From Marsupella aquatica (taxonomy: Eukaryota > Plantae > Marchantiophyta), in contig OZ316893.1 of the NCBI GenBank assembly GCA_973895155.1, forward strand, positions 11,599,660 through 11,663,659: a DNA stretch of 64,000 bases, read 5' to 3'. This document shows, in pieces, positions 13,190 to 26,619 of the stretch. The position numbers and the translations under genes are program-made. How positions within the stretch are numbered: the first letter of the stretch is position 1; every line of letters begins with the position of its first letter. The notes under the pieces are model-generated. The model saw only the letters and a program-made list of their open reading frames with translations, ran no database searches and was not told the DNA's origin.

Positions 13190-15983
13190 ATGGCAGCGTT
13201 GAAGTATCTGGAGATGCAAAGGGCAGAGCAGCCGGAGCTCTCCGAGTGGTACAGCTCGCTTGCGGATCTCTACGAGCGCAGGCTGTGGCATCAGCTCACC
13301 TTGAAGCTGGAGCAGTTCGTGGCTCTCGCAGTGCTTCAGGTACATTCCGTTCCGAATGATGACTTACTTCCTTTGTCCATGCGTTCCCTTTTTTTCCGCT
13401 TCGGCTGTGAGAATTTGGCGTTAGGGTTGCTTGAAGGAATGGAGCTTTGGATTCGAATGGGGGGGCAATTTTTAGGTTAGAATTTTCTGGGGTATACTCC
13501 ATCTCTAGGTATCAGCCACGACTTCAGGGGTTGAGAATTCCGACTGGTTAGCGGTTGAGGATGGAGCTTTTTCTTGTCCCCCGCCCTTCCATTTTCTTGG
13601 TTCAGAAATATGGGCTTACTCCGCTTGAGAAATCTGCGATTGCTTCTCTGTACTTGAGATGCGCCCGTTCAACTTCTCTTGTCCCACTGATATACTTTCT
13701 GAGCATATGCCCCTATGGGACCAATGTAGGGAGCATCGTTGAAGATGTTTTGGTTTCACATAGGAAGTCGGCCTCCGGAGAGACGAATGTCCAGCGATTA
13801 GGGTATAGCAGTTCCCTGTCGACATGTTGGGTTCTGGTTCATTTGCCCTTAGATTGAATAGTGCCTCGTTCGTTAATTCATTCTTATGTTTGCAGGCAGG
13901 GGACACTCTTATAACACTATACCACAACTTCATATCGGACTTCGAGACGAAGATCAATCTATTGAAGCTAGCCCATTTCTCGGTCATTGTGTCGCGTCAG
14001 TATGCTGAGGGTGGTGTTGCCATTCACTTTCTGGAGGAAGTTATCGAGAAGCTCGGGGCCACGAGGGAGAAACGTATTGAAGAGCCAAGCGATAAATTCA
14101 GGACGTCGAAGGACAGGCGAATTGAGGAGGCAATCCTTTATGTCAAGATGCAAATTGCTGCCCTGAAACTGCAACAAGGCGATCGAAAGCAATGTAAAGC
14201 CCTACTGGAGGAAGGAAAAACCACGCTGGATAGTATGACAGATGTCGACCCTTCTGTGCACGCCAGCGTGCACTGGGTGTCTTCTCAGTTCCATAAATCA
14301 CGGCAGGAGTTTGCGGACTTTTATAAGAGTGCTTTGCTGTACCTGGCCTATACATCCGTGGAGACCTTAGCTGAACCTTTCAAGCTGGTGGGTCTCCGCC
14401 TGCACCAAAGCAACCATCTTAGATTGCTTATGCAACACTTCGCATTCGTCATAGTTTTGTAGCTCCGATCATGTGTAATATTTTGAGTTTGTTCCTTCTG
14501 TTGAACCTAGGTTAGCAGTGTCGTTGATTTTCTTCGTCATGGTCATCATCTAAAATGGACTTTCACGCAAATGAATTGCTTTTCAATACCCAACTAGTAG
14601 GTGTACTCTCGGACTCGAGCTGTAGGCCATATTCTGGAATGCTTTGTATCTGAAACATCTGTTCTGCTTTTTCAGGATTTAGCATTTGACCTATCCCTCG
14701 CGGCCTTGTTAGGAGACCATATATACAACTTCGGGGAGCTTCTAGCTCATCCTATTGTGAGTACTTCTTGTGAAAATAATACACCTATTGGGGTCCTAGC
14801 ATTTCAGATCCTCCTGAAAAATAACTGAAATAGTTGGGCCAGATCGGAGATCATCTAGTTAGACGCGTCGTTGATACTGAGGAGGTTTGGGGTCCTGCCA
14901 GTTGCAGGAATAGAGAACGGGTTCAATTTAGCTGCTTTTTGTAGTCGAACAGTTCTCTGGTAGGAAAGACCCTTAACTTTGTGTACCAAATGTGCAGGTG
15001 AAGAGTATGATGGGAACAGAAAGTGAATGGCTGTACTTTATACTAGAAGCTTTCAATGCCGGTGATCTGACAAAGTACCAGGAACTCTGTCGTGTGTACA
15101 ATGCTGCTCTTACTGCTCAACCTGCTCTTGTGGAAAATGAAAAGAAGTTATGGGAAAAAATTAATATATTGGCTTTGATGGAACTTATATTCAGGTCCGT
15201 TGATCTACCCGACAACTCATAGGCAGCCTTTCTTTGTTTCTCAGGACAGGCAGCCAATTTGTGTGAGATTACAAACAGCATGTAGACCTTCGTTAAAATC
15301 TGAAGAGATTCTCAGAGCGAACAATCACTGTTTTTGCTCGGAAGCTAGAAATTATGGTTCGCGTAGACATTCCCGTGCTTTTTTTGGTACATGGATTCTT
15401 AAATTCACATTTCCTCGGACCCTCTTCAACCTTCACTATTGTAATAAAATCAGTTTCCTAGAAAACTGGCACCGTTTTTCTCGCTTTCACAGGAAATTGC
15501 CGTCCTCGTTTGAAGACACTGACGTGCACAGTGTTACTGTTACCTTTTCAGCCGCCCTTCTGAAGAAAGAACAATCCCTTTGAGCATTATTGCGGAGAGG
15601 ACAAAACTATCACTTGATGCAGTGGAGCATCTCCTCATTAAGAGCTTATCGGTACTGTCTCAGCCGCCTAAATTTTCAATTTTCCTCATAGCTTTAGCTG
15701 TTTTACTGCTACTGGCGGACAAATTTGGTTTCTTTTGTTCCAGATGTTGTTAATTCTCATAATTGCACTAACTGATTCTTGGATGTGAGTGTTTCAGGTT
15801 CACCTAATTGAAGGAGTGATTGATCAAGTAGATGGAACAGTCCGAGTCTCATGGGTCCAGCCACGAGTTCTAGGAATTCCCCAAATTACCGCTCTACGGG
15901 ATCGGCTTGATACGTGGCTACAGAAAGTCCATACTACACTGCTAGCTGTTGAAGCTGAAACTCCTGACCTGGTAGCTGCTTAG
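13190..15983 (+). CDS. RPN9: 26S proteasome lid subunit RPN9 (PSMD13), 6 exons
   Basis: Exons 13190-13339, 13896-14387, 14676-14756, 14998-15194, 15552-15651, 15798-15983. Motifs LYERRLWHQLT, FISDFETKINLLKL, LAFDLSLAALLGD.IYNFGELLAHP, VHLIEGVIDQVDG.V.VSWVQPRVL. Confidence 0.95.
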
Positions 15984-17537
15984 GTTCACGATGGACTTCG
16001 TTCAATTCAAGTTCCTGAGGATGGTTGAATTCTTTCCACTTGAGAAGTTGGAGGTCAGCAGGGCTATCATTTTCAAGGCTAATGAGAGTTTTGAGCTTGG
16101 AAGCAAGCAAGAGTACCTGGAGATCGGTACCAGTGAAGACCGCCATCCTCTTCTCCCTGTGACATCGAAACAAATCGAGGAATGTATTCGTCTCTGAGGT
16201 TAAAGCAGGTAGCATCATTGATGAAGGTGGTACACATATCCTCATATTAGTGGCAAGGAGACTGTTGGAGTCTGTTCTCGTGAGTTGCTGATGTTTGGTC
16301 TTTGGACTTGTGCTGCATTTGTGCAAGCCTTTCTACACAGCAGCAGGAAGCAATCAACTGAAAGTTGAAATATGAGTGAACTTTTGGTTCAAGGCGTCGT
16401 TGTAATAAGTTTGATATGTTCATGGCGATTTGCCAACGGAATCATGAATGCAAATTTTCGTTTTGCATTTCCTGTGCGTAATCTACGGTAATGGCAGTCA
16501 TTGAGTCGTTGCCTTGGAGATGATCAATGATATTGAGTGGCTGAAGTTGTCATGGAAACATGTGATTTGTTTCCAAGAACGACCCCTTCACTAAAAATCT
16601 ATGGTGAAAGGGGACCTTAAGGGACAAGACCTTCAGGCTTAGTTGAGCCCCCAAAAATGATTCTCGCTGAGGAAGCAATAGAATTTTACCATTAGAAGTG
16701 AAGAATGAGTAACTAGAACTAGAGAACCTCAATGCCTGTAACGGAGACCTGATATGCTGTCAAGTTGAGTCATGTCTCAGGTGCTTACAATGGATCTTAG
16801 TCAAATCAGAACTGGCTACATGGTCAATTGTCGTAACACGCAATGTTCCTACTGGATGATGCGACGGCGAATTTCCACTGGGCTTTCTCAAGTAGGGCAT
16901 GGGAAGGATGGAGCTGCTTTGCACGTTTGTGTGGTTTATCTGTCAGAATATTTATGTTTAATTGTTGTACAATGCACACAAACCTAAAACCACATGTAGT
17001 TGTCAGAACCATGATTAGAAACGAACTTTTCCGAAATTTCTCATAGCATTTTCAAGCAAACTTCCCAGGTGTTTAGATACGAAGGTTGACTTTAGGCTCT
17101 TGACTTGGATGTCACGATGAAGGACAGTAGAAGTACAGAGGAAGTTAAAGGGCAGAGAGAACAGTTCAGTGTTTAGGGTTTATCTTGAACTTTGCGAATA
17201 ACAAGGGATGAGTCGAGAGACCAAGGTAAAGGGGTAGCAAGATGTGAGCCGTGGTATTGAATTTCGTCCAGATACCCGTTTCATTTCCTCTTGTCGCGAA
17301 GCAATGAAATTGTTGTCTTGTCATGCAGATTGTGTCGTATGCCTAGAAAGGATGGCAAGAGTAAGAACTTGCTAACTGCTAACATGGTTTGGAGTGGAGA
17401 TGTGCTCTCTAAAATTCACCAATTGCATTTGCTTCTGAGTTTGACCCACTTCAGTACACACTGCTACATAGCCTGGGATCTTAACTGACTGGATAGAGTG
17501 CATTCAATCAGGTAAGTCCGTCATAGATGACTGCAGA

Positions 17538-17596
17538 TCACTTGCTGTGTCAATCACTTGCTGTGTCAATCACTTGCTATGTCAATCACTTGCTGT
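17538..17596. repeat. 16 bp minisatellite, ~3.7 copies
   Basis: ATCACTTGCTGTGTCA repeats. Confidence 0.8.
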
Positions 17597-18987
17597 TGGA
17601 ACTGCTCCTGTACATCATACGGTAGATTTGTCATAGATGAATCTCACCTAGTTGTGGAAACTGCTTCCTGATTTCGGTCGAGTTAACTTGGTAACCACCC
17701 CATAGGTGAACGCTAATCACTCAATACTGGAAATGGTTCTTTCATTCAGTCCTCCTGAAACTCCATTCTCAAGCCTCTACATGGAGGTTGAGGAAAGGCT
17801 CCCAGAACATCCTGCATATGTGGAGGAATCCTTCCCGATGAATTTTTCTTGTCTGAGACCTAAAGCTACAAAATCTCTTGATATGGAATCCAAACAGTAC
17901 AACACCTTTGTGTGATTTCCAACAACCCAACAACCCGTGGAAGTTAACTTTCATTTAGAGAGAGCAGTAAAGGCCATAGATAGTAAAATTATTATTCTGG
18001 AGAATAGAAAGGGTGCCGTACTATAACTGCAGTACACACTCTCCACCACCCAACCCGATGCAATGTAGATGTCATCAATTGCACGGAGTTGCAAGTCTGT
18101 TACAAAAGTGGTGGAATGACTGAAACCATTATGATACACTCCCCTTCCATGTACCCATTCATAACTAGGTGCATATAATAAATGGTGGAATAGAGATTCC
18201 AAGGTGAACTAGAACCACACTCCAGGGAAACTCTCAATTCACAGGAGCATCATCGACATTGGATTTACTTTTGAACCATTAACCATTTCGATAGTACACT
18301 GAAGTGCAATACGCACTGTCCCAGGCCCGTCTACTATTGTTAACGAATAGTGACACGTAGAGGTTCAAGAAAACACACCTCCACAATAAGAATTACACCA
18401 CATCCTTGAGAATGGCGAAGGATCCCACTGGTTTCCTTAAGACTTGAGTTCATGCACATCTAAGAAGAGTTATCTCGACATTTTACATCCAGTACGCCAG
18501 AATGCCGGTTGTCAAGTACCTTGAATTTCAAGGCAGCGTCCATGAGCTTGTTTATGTGACATTGCTGACATCGTGCGATACTTTAGTTTCAGAATGGAGT
18601 TTTCATTTCAGAATGACGGCCTGAACTTCTTCTATAGGGGTGCTGCTGCTTTCCTCAGATGACTATTGTTCAGAAGCGTCATCTTGCAAATTGCCTCCTC
18701 CCTGTCTACCTGCTAGTTCGTCTTTCTAAATTTTCAGAGGGGCACAACCCCCAGATTCTCGAGCCTCGTCCACAGCGGTAAAACCATGTCTGAAACATTG
18801 AACGAACATTCGGTTACAATATTTTCCTATTCACATGCTGCGTAAATGAAACTGCACAGTAAGCCACTTATTGCCAAGCTACCAAAAGGTTGAAGAATGC
18901 ACAGACCGATCTGTCGCAAGAATAAAATAAGTTCGATATGTCATGACAACACTTTCAAAGCACCAGTGACTTACGAGGGGTGTTCCG

Positions 18988-20064
18988 TCATCGTAATCTG
19001 CTGCAGAAGGGTCCACCCCCTTCACCAATGTATCTCGAATCTCCCATGTCTGCCCTTGTTCCCAGATAGTCTTGTAATGGTGTCAAAATCTCCAGCTCCT
19101 GGTCCTCTAACTGTCTAACAGCCATTGCCGTTTCAAAAGCTGCTACAGTGAACTGCGCTGCTTGTAATGGTGTCAAAATCTGCATCATCTCCCGCAGAAC
19201 GCGCAACCGGAGCTCCTCGGCCTCGATCAACAGGTCTCGTAACTCAACCAGTTTAGGTTCCATGGCCTCACGTACCTCAGATAAGTCATTCGTCTCACTT
19301 GGTGGTGGTTCTGTAGTCGTCGCTCTTGCCATGTGCTGATCTGCGACCAGCATCTGTTGTCATACCAACCCTAATATTAGTATGCAGCTGACGTTACTTG
19401 CCAGAAAGCATACACCCAATGCAAATTCACGATTCTATTCTGCCCTCATCGTACCGTGACCACATGGGAACGGAAGGTTCACTATTATTGGCACGTTGCT
19501 TCCTGATCTATAATACTCCGACAAGTTTACAAGCAAAAGGTACAATATCGGGGCAGATGTTCTCATTAGTCTCCCCAAAGAATAGCCAACACCGGCACTG
19601 AAGCAGCTCACCTGTAAAACAGCTAGTCGGTTGGAAATGTCATCCTCTGCGTCTCTAGTTTTCTTTTGCGTTGTATTAAGTTTCCCCAATTGCTTTGCAG
19701 ATAGCGCAGCCATAGATGTCACTTCTATCCCATCCAAAACCTTTAGAAGTTCATTCTCTATCTGCATGCTCATGAGGGAGTACGCAAGCACGATGGCAGC
19801 TGTAGGCCTCCATCCCCCCATCCAAAGAAATCCAGCTTCCAGAGGAGTTTTCCACATTCCAGCAGCTACACAGGTGACATCTTCTCGTGTCGCTCGAATC
19901 TTTACATCCGCATACTTCCTGGAATGACTATAGCATCCCTCTACCAGGCTAGCGATCTCTGCAGTTGAATTCTCGCTATCGACTAGCTTTCTCAGTGGAT
20001 CTATCATAGCCTTCTCTTCTTCCAACCACTCCCTGTAGAATTGCTCAAATCCTGTACTTGTCAT
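18988..20064 (-). CDS. DOG1-domain protein (DOG1-like, no bZIP), 2 coding exons, ~272 aa
   Basis: Exons 20064-19612 and 19353-18988 join in phase 0. DOG1 motifs F..FY..W, EDV...AAGMWKTPLE..FLWMGGWRP, LS.KQL, AE.LRLR.L..M..ILTPLQAA.F. Confidence 0.88.
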
Positions 20065-21143
20065 GGCTGATCAGAAACCCTTCCCGCTAGATGGGACTCT
20101 ATTCCATGTAAATGGAGGCAAGACAAAAGGTGACCAACCAAGCTCCACAGTTTTGCTCTAAAGACTGCTCCACAAGGAGGACTGAGCAACAAACCCTTCC
20201 CAGCAGAACTGAACAAACCAACCCAGCTTGTGATTCGTGCAGAGGTGACCAATAGACCTTTAAAGACTCCGACAGAGGTTGGCGTCCTGCAGAACACTTC
20301 CCCTCATGGCATAGAAATTCTCCATGCATTCCAAACTAGAAGTAGCCGTAAGTTACTGGTTGGTTCTTCTAAGGCATGACCAACTCCGCATTGGAGAAAC
20401 TAATGAGCTAAGTTCAATGTGCGAGGATACATTCATTCACTGGAGGCATCACTTCTCCGAAATCTCGGAGTAGGACAACCTTCCCTATTTCGCAGCTCAG
20501 TCCCCTGCTCTTGGGTCCAGTCCAATCCAGTCCCAAGATAAGATAGAATGCACTGATGCATGCACCTCACTCCGGCTTCTTTCGTGACTTCAAAATTGAT
20601 AACGCAGGCAGAAATCGTGCTACGTGGAATGAGCAAGCAGCAAACAACCTGGTCGATGGATGGATCAAAGGTGTAGCTACTTGCTTGATCTCTCTGCCTA
20701 TCTTTCCAACACAGGAGATGCTAGTGGTCGACTTGGCGTTCTGTACAAGCATATTGCATCTCATCGGTCATATGCTTGGCTTGGCTGGCTCTCTCTACTC
20801 CACCGCACGAGCTCCAGATTCTCAGAGCAATTGACGAAAAGTTCGGTATCTCTCGCACAAAACACAAATCCCGAGAGATGGGTCTGCGTTGCTGATCTCG
20901 CATTGCTTGTTGACACACCCATCTCCTCACTCATGCATATAATATCTTCCGCAGTTTCGCTCTCCTCGTAAATCTCCATCTGCCCGTCCATCTGCCCGCC
21001 CACCGCCTACCGCTGGTCCGTCCATCGGTCCGTCAGTCAGCTGTGATACGCAACTTTATGTATAAAGATATTTCACCATAAACGAGTGAAACAAAGATCT
21101 AGTGATAGAAAGTGATGCCTAACTAACCAACTTCAGAGATATG

Positions 21144-21478
21144 CTTAGTAGACCCCCTTCTGGAAAAAGTTTGCTTAAATCAACCCCCTTGATACTATTC
21201 CCCAATCTGGGCAGTTGATGGACCTTTCAATCTCAGATCTGGACCATTGATAGACCTCAGGGGGTCTATTAAGTAATGAGTTTCATTTTGAGGGTTTACC
21301 TCTACAAAAATAGGATAGAGAGAGGGACCAGGTGTTTGATGGACCCCCAAAATGTTTCTTGATGGACCCATGAATGATCCAAGTGGTTGATAGATATCAA
21401 ATCAATGTACCCAAAAGCTCATCAGGTCTCATGGGGTCTATCAAGTAAGACATTTCAATTTAGGGGTCCATGAAATAT
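21144..21478. mobile_element. Two adjacent small foldback (MITE-like) elements
   Basis: CTTAGTAGACCCC...GGGGTCTATTAAG (21144-21273) and TTTGATGGACCCC...GGGGTCCATGAAA (21335-21475) are imperfect inverted repeats sharing a GACCCC/GGGGTC core. Confidence 0.45.
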
Positions 21479-21657
21479 ATACAGCCCTTTGAACTTGCAG
21501 TTAAACAGGGAGATGTCACACTGTGTGCGGGCACTGGGATTTGTTTCGAGAGGGCAGGCTTTGGGGGGCATTTTTTCCTCATTTTCAACAAGTTTATGCT
21601 CGGATGAACTCCAATAAAAGGTTAAAAAAAACTTTTGACACCCAAAAGAGAACATTA

Positions 21658-22422
21658 GAGCATCTCCAAGAGTGTACTTTATTTCCTTAATAGGGGTCTC
21701 AATTATTTTTTCACAAGATTATGTAAAATTTTGTTAGTTTTTTTCTTTCACCAGCCTCTACAGTGACTAATGGTAATGGCATACGATCAATCCTTATGGC
21801 AAAAAGTTATTCACTTTCAATTTCGTGGTCTTTAACTTTTTATGTCCTTAACCGGTAAGGTCCATCAAATTGTCAGCTTTGAGATGCCCTAATGCATTAA
21901 ACATGGTAGATTAAGGATGATCACTTTTTAAGTACTTTGCCACTAAAGATGTTCTAATTGACAATATTGTCACGGTTTAGTATATGGATGACAAGTTCCC
22001 CAAGGTAACCAGGGGAGCTATACAAGGAAACCATGACATTTTTGTAAATACAACAAAACCATGGCAATATTTGTAAATTCAAACATCTTTAGTTACAATG
22101 TATTTAAAAGCCGTAAGGATGATAATTATGGCAAAATTAGAGCAAAGATGATATGCCAAAATACTGGGTTGGTCTAGTGTAAGACTTGTTGACCACCCAG
22201 TAAGGTTGAGCTAAAAAGGCAACCCCAATGGATTAGTGGAACGTGATTCAGTCAAGAGCTTACTGGGTTTTTGGTTACTGAAATTAAAAATTTGAGCCAG
22301 TGTATTGAGTATCCACTGAGCACATGATTCATTCCTGGGCTATCCACAAATTGTATCCAAGGGTGCCTATGTGAGGAGGTAAGAACACACTAACCATTGG
22401 GCTCGCACCATTGAAGATGCTC
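21658..22422. mobile_element. Tourist (PIF/Harbinger) MITE-like element
   Basis: TTA|GAGCATCTCCAA ... TTGAAGATGCTC|TTA: 12 bp TIR with 1 mismatch and a matching TTA TSD. Confidence 0.55.
21922..22113. mobile_element. Mutator-type MITE nested in the Tourist element
   Basis: ~55 bp imperfect TIRs (TTTTAAGTACTTTGCCACTAAAGATGTT / AACATCTTTAGTTACAATGTATTTAAAA) flanked by the direct repeat TAAGGATGAT (21912-21921, 22114-22123). Confidence 0.65.
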
Positions 22423-24153
22423 TTATACAAAGAAAATATGTATAGACCTGTTACCTGAGCGAAAAGCATTGTGAAGGGTCCCGAGGGGATTATATGAGGT
22501 AATTTTGAGGGCAATGGGCACAAGGGGTTTGCATTCATGCCCCTCAAGTGGCCATGGATTAACAAATATAAGCCCTGAGTGTAATTTTACTCTATTTATG
22601 ACCTGAATTTTGCAGCTGAAATTGGAATACACTCCAGGTGGGCTAAAAAGGGGGCCAAAATCTCCTAACCCCCAGGCCAGGCTGAAGGAGAGTAATGGAT
22701 CATAGCCATCCATAGAAATAAAAAGGAAAAAGTACAAGAGAGCTAAATGCAGGATTTATGAAGGGATTCAGGGATAAAATGAGGGTGTTAATCACAATTC
22801 CATAACCAGACCTTCAATTTAATTAAAAACTTGATTAAGTATTAGATAGAAACCAGAAACAATCCCTGAAATTAGGTCATGCAACAATGTGAATAAATAA
22901 GAAGTTAAAATGCCAGGATCTTAGGCTATGCAAAGATTACCTGGCCTGTTGTGGTATTTCATTTTGTTTTACATAATATAACTTTTGTACATTGAGTTAT
23001 ATATGTCTAGATTGATGTGTGATTGCATAATTTATTCCTGATAGCTCAAAATGAGACCAGGATAGACCTCTAGGTTTGTCAAAATGCTCCCATGGATTTT
23101 TGGATTTTTGCAACTCAGATTAACTGCATTGTACTCACAATGTGACAAGGAATATTCTCAATTGGTTCATCCCAATTGTATGGTTTTGGTCTACTGTCCA
23201 TGGGAGCATCATTTTCCCTGAAAGCAAGGACTGTATTGTGTGTAAAAAAATGCACTCAAAAATACAAAACCAAAACTATAGTAGCTACAGTCTACAAAGA
23301 TGTCCATGCAAGGAGTATATTGTGTATAAAATAAATGCCGTCAAAAATACAAAGCGAAAAGTAGCTAAAGTCTACGAAGATGTCCATGCAAGTTATAATG
23401 ATCTCTGTTGGTCCATGGGGCTTACTTTCCAACTTTACAAGAACCTGGGACCTTTATATTATTATTTTAAATGGGGGTCTTCCAAGCCACTCGAACGGCG
23501 TGCGCCAAGGTTTGTTTCCCCTTAAACCGCCACTGTCCGTATAAATACCGCTACTGCCAAGAGCCGGTCAGCTCATTCTTCCAGACCTGCCCAGCCAAGG
23601 CTCTACTGTACGTCCCTGCCAGAACCCGTTAGTCCCAGCCAGGCTCCGCAATAGTAGCTGGGTCAGTGGTCCAAATAGTGCTTTGGGACTTCTCCGAGTC
23701 TTTCTGTTCGCGTGAATGCTGAAGCCATGGTTCGTGAGTGTGCTGGTCTTGAAAAAACACAGGAGAACGACATTGAGGCTCGTGAGTGTGCATACTCTCT
23801 TCTTGTTCAAAGAACTTTATGGCCTCACTATGCAGCTGAAACGAAGTAACTTTTGTTCTCCCCTGTTTAGATCGTCTGCTCTTGGGCTGATTTCATTTCT
23901 GCGTCCCCTCAATCCAATACTTACCTTGTCCTCTCGATATTGCAGCAATGTATATATAATTGTGAGCGGGGGCAGTTACCTAGCCCAGGAGAGGGGGAGG
24001 GATGGGACATTGTCCATCGCTTGTTCAAATTGTCCCAGAACAGAGCTTGATCGCAGAGGTGTTTATAGCCATATAGCCAGCAATTGTTACTGTTATGTTC
24101 AGGTTTACACTTGTTATGACATCGACCACAAATTTGTCCAGCAAAATACATTC

Positions 24154-24873
24154 TCAATAGCACGAAGGCGAAAAGGTTACATTGTTTTTTTGTCTCCCTA
24201 CTCTGCTGTGATCGAGCATGTGTACAGATACCTGGAAAAGCAAACTCAAGTCTCCCCGTTTTGATTCACAGTAATAAATATATGAACAAGAGCAATGGCT
24301 CATGCCAATAGCCGTATAACCGGAAGATGAAGGATGAACTCTGCCTGTGGAGTGTTGCCTAAAGCTCTCCACAATTATCCAAACTCGAGCGACCAAAAAT
24401 GAGCTCTCCTAAACTCAGTTCTGTCCAATTCTCTTCCTCCATGTCGAACGCAATCAAAAACATAGGGGACGTGAAGGCCATCATATACAGAGCGACATTG
24501 AAATAAACAACTTTACTAAGACCCAGGTGTCTCCAAGAACAAGACCCATTTGTCTCCAAAAACACGACACGGAATCAAAGATTTGCACCCAGAACTGATT
24601 TGCACCCAGAACATGGCACTTGTCATGATCATCGCGAGAAAAAACCGGGCCCAAGATCTCCCAAGTCTTGGCCCTCTCGCTCACCAATTTCTGGAACTCT
24701 CCGGCGCCCGGTGTCTCCTTGCGCCCACCTTCACAAAATTCCGTAGGAGAGAATCTGGCCAACCATGCTTTTGATAACATCTTAGCCTTGAAAATTGAAG
24801 GGAAAGGCATCATCGCTATAATGATTTCTACGATATGCTCGGGTAGCTGTCTCATAGACTGTCCACCCTCCAT
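24154..24873 (-). pseudogene. F-box protein pseudogene
   Basis: N-terminal F-box QLPEHIVEIIIAMMPFPSIFKAKMLSKAW. Downstream FBA-like pieces (VYFNVALYMM, LIAFDMEEENW) lie in shifted frames with stops. 3' limit uncertain. Confidence 0.7.
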
Positions 24874-25641
24874 CTCCTCCACAATGCACAGACAAATGGC
24901 TCAATGCAGCTGCAGCCCCCGTCGTTGATCCAATGTTTCTGTCAAATTGAGTGAAACCTTAAATTACTCCACAAGAGTTGGCGGTATTGGCAATCAAAAT
25001 GATGGAGGTAGGATGATATATGGGAGAGAACTTACTTCCGACAAAGATGACCTCCGGAGATGCACGACATGGGATTTGCAGGATCTCTGCTCCGTAGTAC
25101 ATTCGTCATCCTGCATCGCTCGTCACTGGATCACGAGGCACCAACGCAAGATGCTCACACCTCGATCCGGAGATCTCTCCCCAAAATTGACATGAGTTCT
25201 AAGAAACAAACACTTTCATGAGGGGAAAAAAGTTGCAGTCAATAATTTCTCGCTTTACTTCGGAGAAAGAGAGAGACGAAGGTTGGGAGAGACACTGTTG
25301 ACTGGTTCGTTCTCTTGTACAGATAGCACGTAGTTGTAAAAATCAAGTGCCATGAACTTGCACAATCAATCAATCCATGCACCATTGCTACCACCCGCCA
25401 TCGCCAAAGCTTACTAGTCACTTGGATAGTGAACATCCATCTAATCGCCACCTGAGAATGTGAATGCTAGAACCCAATGCTTGGACCTCCTTCCAGGGCT
25501 CCATGCGCTTCTGTATCTTTTGAGACATAAATGGCAAAAGGGGACAAGCAAAGCACAATTAGAGCGATTTTATGGCTTGGTCTAATATAAGCTGCGATTG
25601 CACAAGCGAGCTGTCACACTCTCCAGTCTCTACTGCCAGAT

Positions 25642-25748
25642 TGCACTTGATTTACGTATCTGCTAAGTAGAAGATATGATAGCTTAGGAGGGTTGCGCTT
25701 GATTTACGTATCTGCTAAGCAAAAGATATGATAGCTTAGGAGGGCTGC
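25642..25748. repeat. 54 bp tandem duplication
   Basis: CTTGATTTACGTATCTGCTAAG...GATATGATAGCTTAGGAGGG occurs twice. Confidence 0.8.
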
Positions 25749-26619
25749 GACATTGTCCTTCATTAATTTTGAACATTCATCTCAAACCACATGATGTTAG
25801 TGAGCACAATAGCCGGCTGAATCTTTGATTCATACTCAACATCCTACCTCTGCGATAGGGGAAAACAATCGGCTTCACAGAACCAAACATTCCTAACCTT
25901 CTCTATCCATCTTGTTACCATTTCCACAATGTTTGTGACGATCGCGATTCGGAGATGCTTCTCCTTCCTTGGCCATGCACTTCAACTTAGTCGTAGATGA
26001 GCAGGGAAGTCCCAAGTGCAATGATCATTTTACACATAATGACTCGGTAGGGTCAACATGGTTTACACTAAACGGGAGTCGGCTAGGTCTATCGTGCATT
26101 TCTAGGTTTACACATAACGTACAGGGTCAGGGCGAGATGGCATGGTTTACACACAATGTAGACAGTAGTGGCAAGATATGTCATTGATGTCACAACTGAG
26201 AACGATGATGGGCATTGTGACGGGGTTCCCGTCACCAAAAACCCTCAATAATTGTTTACTGGGTTGTGCCACGTAAATAGCCACTGTAAATAAGCCATTT
26301 TTTAAAAAAAAATTGAGTTAATTCCATCCTTTCAAGTTGGTGCTGCTAGGAGGACTTTACTTTATTTTATTTTCTTCTCAGAATTGTTCTAAACGGCCAC
26401 GACAACCTAGAGGGGGGCAAATAGGTGGCCTTGCCATTTCGCTTGAACCATTGTCAAGTTCCCCCTATAAGTCCAAGAGGTTAACTTTTCTTTTTGGGGT
26501 TAAATGGGTATAACCACAACAAGGGCCAAAAAAAGAGAATGAGTTCTTTTGAGAGGTTAAAAGTTTTTTGGAGTAAAGGGGCATTGAGGAAAGGGAGTGA
26601 AGAAGTCCATAAGGGGCAG

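Noticed and set aside
15991-16197. 68 aa ORF 7 nt after the RPN9 stop (possible bicistron)
   Set aside because: Short, no motif; expected by chance in a 3' UTR.
16720-16990. PPR-like relic (ISTGLSQVGHGKDG)
   Set aside because: Single weak motif with no continuous frame.
23716-24264. 182 aa plus-strand ORF
   Set aside because: Antisense to the decayed F-box region; no domain.
26217-26235. GTGACGGG/CCCGTCAC hairpin as an element terminus
   Set aside because: Isolated 8 bp stem with no matching end or TSD.
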